Source: an uncultured bacterium
GTDB taxonomy: Bacteria; Edwardsbacteria; AC1; EtOH8
NCBI GenBank assembly: GCA_963780225.1
Contig: CAWAAX010000013.1
Span: 1 to 21,312 of the forward strand
Direction: 5' to 3'
DNA: 21,312 bases
Both the position numbers and the translations under genes were made by a program. This document shows, one piece after another, positions 17,395 to 21,312 of this stretch. Below the pieces are notes generated by a model that did not search any database, had not been told where the DNA came from, and saw nothing but the letters and a program-made list of their open reading frames with translations. Position 1 is the stretch's first letter. Every line of letters starts with the position of its first letter.

Positions 17395-18357
17395 TTACGC
17401 CACCCGGTTTGTTTCTATCCCCTTTTCAAAATCCGCAATATTTCTGAACGTCACTTCCAGCTTTCTCAACAGCGCCTCATGGGTCTTGTAGCCCAAGTGC
17501 GGCGTCAGCACAGTATTCTGCGCGGACAGCAGGGGGTTGTCCTGGGCCGGCGGCTCGCTGCCGAACACGTCCAGCCCGGCGCCGGCCAGTTTCCCGTGGT
17601 TGAGCGCCTGGGCCAAAGCCGCCTCGTCGATCAGTCCGCCCCGGGCGGTGTTGATCAGATACGCCGAGGGCTTCATTTTAGCTATCCGCTCCGCGTTCAT
17701 TATATGTTTTGTCTCGGCGTTGAGCGCCAAGTGCAGGGATACTATGTCCGAGTTCTTCAGCAGATCGTCCAGACTGCAGTATGTCCCGCCCAGTTTCTCA
17801 AATTCTTCTTTTTTCACCCGGTTGTAACCCAGCACCTTGCAGCCGAAGGCGGCAAACAGTTTGGCCGCGGCCATCCCGGTGGCTCCGGTGCCGACTATGC
17901 CGACGGTCTTGCCCCTCAGCTCCACCCCATCCGGGAAAGCAAAGAACTTCTGTTCTGTCCGGCGGGCATGGGCGTCACCTTTGGGAATACTGCGGAGAAG
18001 CGCCAGCGCCAGGCCCAGCGCCAGCTCGGCCACCGAGTCGGTGGAATACCCCGGCGTGTTGTAGACCGCTATCCCCTTCTCCCGGCAGGCCGCCAGATCC
18101 ACGTGGTCGTGCCCGGTGAAGGAGATGGAGATCATGGACAGCGCGCAGTTGCGGATGGTCTGGCCGTCTATGGGCAGACTGCCGGTGATCAGGTACCTGG
18201 CGCCGCCCACCAGCTCGGCCAGCGGCCTGCCTTCGGCCAGTTCCGAGCCCTTCCAGACCAGCGCGTGCCCGGGCAGTATCTCGGCAAAACGCTGCTGCAC
18301 CAGTTCCCGGGGCACGCCCAGGGTTTGGATCAGTATGACCTCTGAAGGTTTGTTCAT
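17395..18357 (-). CDS. D-isomer-specific 2-hydroxyacid dehydrogenase family protein
   Basis: FTGHDHVD, VGIVGTGATG (Rossmann), LINTARGGLID, GAGLDVF and LTPHLG motifs. Confidence 0.93.
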   Translation of the reverse strand: MNKPSEVILIQTLGVPRELVQQRFAEILPGHALVWKGSELAEGRPLAELVGGARYLITGSLPIDGQTIRNCALSMISISFTGHDHVDLAACREKGIAVYNTPGYSTDSVAELALGLALALLRSIPKGDAHARRTEQKFFAFPDGVELRGKTVGIVGTGATGMAAAKLFAAFGCKVLGYNRVKKEEFEKLGGTYCSLDDLLKNSDIVSLHLALNAETKHIMNAERIAKMKPSAYLINTARGGLIDEAALAQALNHGKLAGAGLDVFGSEPPAQDNPLLSAQNTVLTPHLGYKTHEALLRKLEVTFRNIADFEKGIETNRVA

Positions 18358-18388
18358 TTAGCCCAGATAGAATTTGGGGAACCATTAT

Positions 18389-18463
18389 GGGACGCCGATT
18401 TTCGCGGATCATATCGATAAGTATCTGCGGGGATCAAAAATGATCAGCGGGGATCTGCGTTCC
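18389..18463. repeat. Imperfect palindromic REP-like element built of ATC(T/A)GCG units
   Basis: Direct repeats ATCTGCGGGGATC (18423) and ATCAGCGGGGATC (18443). The outer arms GGGACGCCGAT...ATCTGCGTTCC are imperfectly complementary. Confidence 0.55.
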
Positions 18464-19031
18464 GGTTAGTTTTGGTTTTTCTGAATTTTTTTGGCCCTTC
18501 TTCGTAAACATCCCGGCCCCGGCAGTCCACCGCCACCACCGCCGGAAGATCCTTCACTGTCAATTTCAAGACAGCTTCGGGTCCAAGTTCGGAGAACAAT
18601 ACCGTTTCCGCCCTGACCACCGTCTGGGCCAGCAAGGCCGCCGCGCCGCCGGTGGCGGCAAAATACACCGCCTGGTGCTTTTTGATCGCTTCAATGACCT
18701 CGGGACTTCTTCGGCCCTTGCCGATCATGGCCTTCAACCCGGCCTTAGCCAAAAGCAAGGGAGTATCGGCATCCATCCGGCCGCTGGTGGTGGGGCCGAT
18801 GCTGCCGATCACCTTTCCCCTGGGGGCCGGGGCCGGCCCGGCGTAGAACAATGTCTGGCCCTTTAGTTCTAAAGGAAGCTTGTGGCCTAAAGCTAATAGC
18901 TTATGGAACTGTTGGTGCACCGCATCCCTGGCGGTGAACAGTTCGCCCGAGATCAGCACCCGGTCGCCGCTTTTAAGCTTTTTGACTACAGCCCCGCTCA
19001 GCGGTAGGGATATTTTTTTCGCCTTCATCAC
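18444..19031 (-). CDS. Fe-S hydro-lyase (class I fumarase/tartrate dehydratase type) beta subunit
   Basis: FTARDAVH, YAGP, GPTTSGRMD, MIGKG, ATGGAAAL and ELGPEA motifs. Confidence 0.92.
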   Translation of the reverse strand: MMKAKKISLPLSGAVVKKLKSGDRVLISGELFTARDAVHQQFHKLLALGHKLPLELKGQTLFYAGPAPAPRGKVIGSIGPTTSGRMDADTPLLLAKAGLKAMIGKGRRSPEVIEAIKKHQAVYFAATGGAAALLAQTVVRAETVLFSELGPEAVLKLTVKDLPAVVAVDCRGRDVYEEGPKKFRKTKTNRNADPR

Positions 19032-19873
19032 AATACCACCGTCTGGTGCCGGTGCGCATGGCAGTTGATGTTCACCGCCACCGGCAGGCTGGACATGTGG
19101 CAGGGCTCGTGCTCTATGTGCACGCTTAAACAGGAGACGGTCCCGCCCAAACCCTGCGGCCCCAGGCCCGAAGCATTGATCGCTTTAAGGATCTTCTTTT
19201 CCAGCTGGTCGTATCTCTTGCTGGGGTTAGATTTTCCCACCGGCCACAACAAAGCTTTTTTGGCCAGCAGGGCACAGCGCTCAAAATTCCCGCCGATCCC
19301 CACTCCCACCACCGTCGGGGGACAGGGGTTGGCCCCGGCGCCGATCACGGCTTGGGACACGAAGGAGATGACCCCCTGCTCGCCGTCCGAAGGTTTTAGC
19401 ATGGCCAGCCGGCTGGTGTTCTCGGCCCCGCCGCCCTTGGGCAGGTAATTTATCTCCAGCCTGCTGCCGGGAACCTGCTCTATGTGTATGATGGCCGGAA
19501 CATTGCTGCCCGTGTTCCTGCGGGTAAAGACCGGATCATCCACGCAGGAGGCCCGCAGGAAACCCCGGCGACAGGCGTTGGCCACCCCTTTGTTTATTGC
19601 GTCAGGGAGCGAGCCGCCTTTTATCTCCACGTCCTTTCCCTGTTTTACGAAGAACACCGCCAGGCCTGTGTCCTGACAGACCGGTATTTTTTGGGCTTTG
19701 GCAATTTTGGCATTCAGCAGACATTGTTCCAGAATGTCCCGGCCCAGCGGCGACCTTTCCAGTTTCAGGGCTTTGCCCAAAGCCTGTTCGGTGTCCTGGG
19801 GCAGAACGCAGTTGGCCTCCCGGCACATCTTCTCCACCGCAGTTGCGATGGCATTGTTTTCTATGATCCTCAT
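19028..19873 (-). CDS. Fe-S hydro-lyase (class I fumarase/tartrate dehydratase type) alpha subunit
   Basis: PVCQDTG, PKGGGAEN, NPCPPTVVGVGIGG, GPQGLGG and NINCHAHR motifs. Confidence 0.92.
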   Translation of the reverse strand: MRIIENNAIATAVEKMCREANCVLPQDTEQALGKALKLERSPLGRDILEQCLLNAKIAKAQKIPVCQDTGLAVFFVKQGKDVEIKGGSLPDAINKGVANACRRGFLRASCVDDPVFTRRNTGSNVPAIIHIEQVPGSRLEINYLPKGGGAENTSRLAMLKPSDGEQGVISFVSQAVIGAGANPCPPTVVGVGIGGNFERCALLAKKALLWPVGKSNPSKRYDQLEKKILKAINASGLGPQGLGGTVSCLSVHIEHEPCHMSSLPVAVNINCHAHRHQTVVL

Positions 19874-21312
19874 TTTACTGCTCCGGCTCTGACCTGGGCC
19901 ACGGCCTTCTCCAGGGCTTTTTCCAGCAGTTCCATCGGCGGCTTTTTGATGAACCCGTGTTCCATCAGGCCGTGGATCACCGCCCTGGCCTCGCTGATGT
20001 CCTGCCTGGCCTTAAGATGCACTTCTTCTTTGGTCATGGAACTGCGGGCCACTCCGTCTTTGACCGCCTGGGCGGCCACCTCGGCGGCCACCTTGGGGAA
20101 AAGCTCCCATTCCTCCATGGATGAGACTATGCGCTCCGGGGTCAATCCCGCTTCCTGGGCAAAGTCCGCTATGGCGTGGGCGGCGGCGATGGCCATGTTG
20201 TCTGTGATCTTGGAGGCCCTGGCCAGCAGCGCCCCTTTGAGGATGCCGGGAAAGCCCAGTGAATTGTTGACCTGGTTGGGAAAATCCCCTCTGCCTGTGG
20301 CCACGATGAAAGCTCCGGCCGCCAGGGCCTGGCTGGGATAGATCTCCGGCACCGGGTTGGCGCAGGCAAAGACGATAGATTTCGAAGCCATCCCCGCTAT
20401 CCATTCGGGCTTGATCACCCCCGGCCCCGATCTTGACAGCGAGACCAGGACATCCGCCCCCTTTAAAGCCTTTTCCACCTTTATGTCATTTGCAACTTTT
20501 GTTTGCTGGCAGATCTCCCATTGCCGGTAGTATCTGGGATCGTTTTTGATGTCCTGCCGGTGCAGGCCCAGGGCTCCGTCAACGTCAAACATCACGCAGT
20601 TCTCCGGCCTTCCTCCGTCGGCCATCACCAGCCGAAAGATGGTGGTGTTGGCGGCCCCGGCCCCGTAAAATACTATTTTGCCTTCGGAAATATTCTTGCC
20701 CGCCAGCTTCAGGGCGTTGATCAACCCGGCCAGGGTCACACAACCGGTGCCCTGGGCGTCGTCGTGCCACACCGGGATGCCGCATTCCTCCCGCAGGGTG
20801 TCCAGCACTTTATAACAGTTGGGCTGGGAGATGTCCTCCAGGTTGACCGCCCCGAAACTGGGCTGGGCCATCTTGACGAAATCGATGATCTTCTGGGCGT
20901 CAGGTTTTCCGTTTTGATCCCGGCTGTCCATGCACAAAGCCACCGCGTCCACCCCGCCCAGGTACTTCATCAAAAAAGCCTTGCCCTCCATCACCCCCAG
21001 GCCGCCGGCCGGGCCGCAGTCGCCGTCGCCCAGCACCCGGGTGGAATCCGAGACCACCGCCACCAGGTTGCCCCGGTTGGAAAGGTCAAAGGAGGCCTGC
21101 TGGTCGTCCCGGATGGCGGTGGAGACGCCGGAGACCCCGGGGGTGTACCAGAGGTTGAACCAGTTGTTCCCGTAAAGCCCGGCCTTGGGCAGGGTCATCA
21201 TCTTCCCACCGTAGTGCCGGTGCAGGCTTAATGAAAGCTCCTTCAGAAACAGCGTCTTGGCAGAGTTCACCTGATCCGGGGAGAGATCCCGGGGAAACAG
21301 TTCGTCTATGTT
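19870..21312 (-). CDS. NAD(P)-dependent malic enzyme (5' end probably beyond window)
   Basis: YTPGV, VMEGKA, NLEDI, VWHDDAQGT, GAGAA, FACANPVPEI and ATGRGDFPNQVNN motifs. The frame stays open upstream of GTG 21270 to the window edge. Confidence 0.93.
   Translation of the reverse strand, partial: NIDELFPRDLSPDQVNSAKTLFLKELSLSLHRHYGGKMMTLPKAGLYGNNWFNLWYTPGVSGVSTAIRDDQQASFDLSNRGNLVAVVSDSTRVLGDGDCGPAGGLGVMEGKAFLMKYLGGVDAVALCMDSRDQNGKPDAQKIIDFVKMAQPSFGAVNLEDISQPNCYKVLDTLREECGIPVWHDDAQGTGCVTLAGLINALKLAGKNISEGKIVFYGAGAANTTIFRLVMADGGRPENCVMFDVDGALGLHRQDIKNDPRYYRQWEICQQTKVANDIKVEKALKGADVLVSLSRSGPGVIKPEWIAGMASKSIVFACANPVPEIYPSQALAAGAFIVATGRGDFPNQVNNSLGFPGILKGALLARASKITDNMAIAAAHAIADFAQEAGLTPERIVSSMEEWELFPKVAAEVAAQAVKDGVARSSMTKEEVHLKARQDISEARAVIHGLMEHGFIKKPPMELLEKALEKAVAQVRAGAVK

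Larger units (their letters stand above)
14260..17435 (-). mobile_element. Tandem array of four single-gene cassettes bounded by CGGATTT cores in sucC and the dehydrogenase
   Basis: Four visibly AT-rich genes are separated by three sucC-5'/dehydrogenase-3' chimeric junctions. The outer cores are at 14266-14260 and 17435-17429. Mobility is inferred, not shown. Confidence 0.7.

Overview
GC-rich bacterial chromosomal window, almost entirely minus-strand. Left part: clpB (runs off the window), a CapA-family protein, a degenerate divergent polysaccharide deacetylase, a large GH13 alpha-amylase-family protein and several small membrane or secreted proteins. Right part: a C4-dicarboxylate/TCA cluster (malic enzyme, two-subunit class I fumarase, D-2-hydroxyacid dehydrogenase, sucC, sucD). 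The main observation lies between the dehydrogenase and sucC: a tandem array of four AT-rich single-gene cassettes (hypothetical, DinD, methyltransferase, GNAT). The cassettes are separated by three chimeric junctions. Each junction is the first ~22-25 codons of sucC joined to a copy of the end of the upstream dehydrogenase, at or near a CGGATT(T) core that both genes carry in the same reading frame. The result looks like an integrase-less cassette array whose recombination sites lie inside two housekeeping coding sequences. Between sucC and sucD there is an inverted XRE regulator/membrane-protein module with an ACG start codon, plus a garbled second sucD copy that may be an assembly artefact of strain variation.
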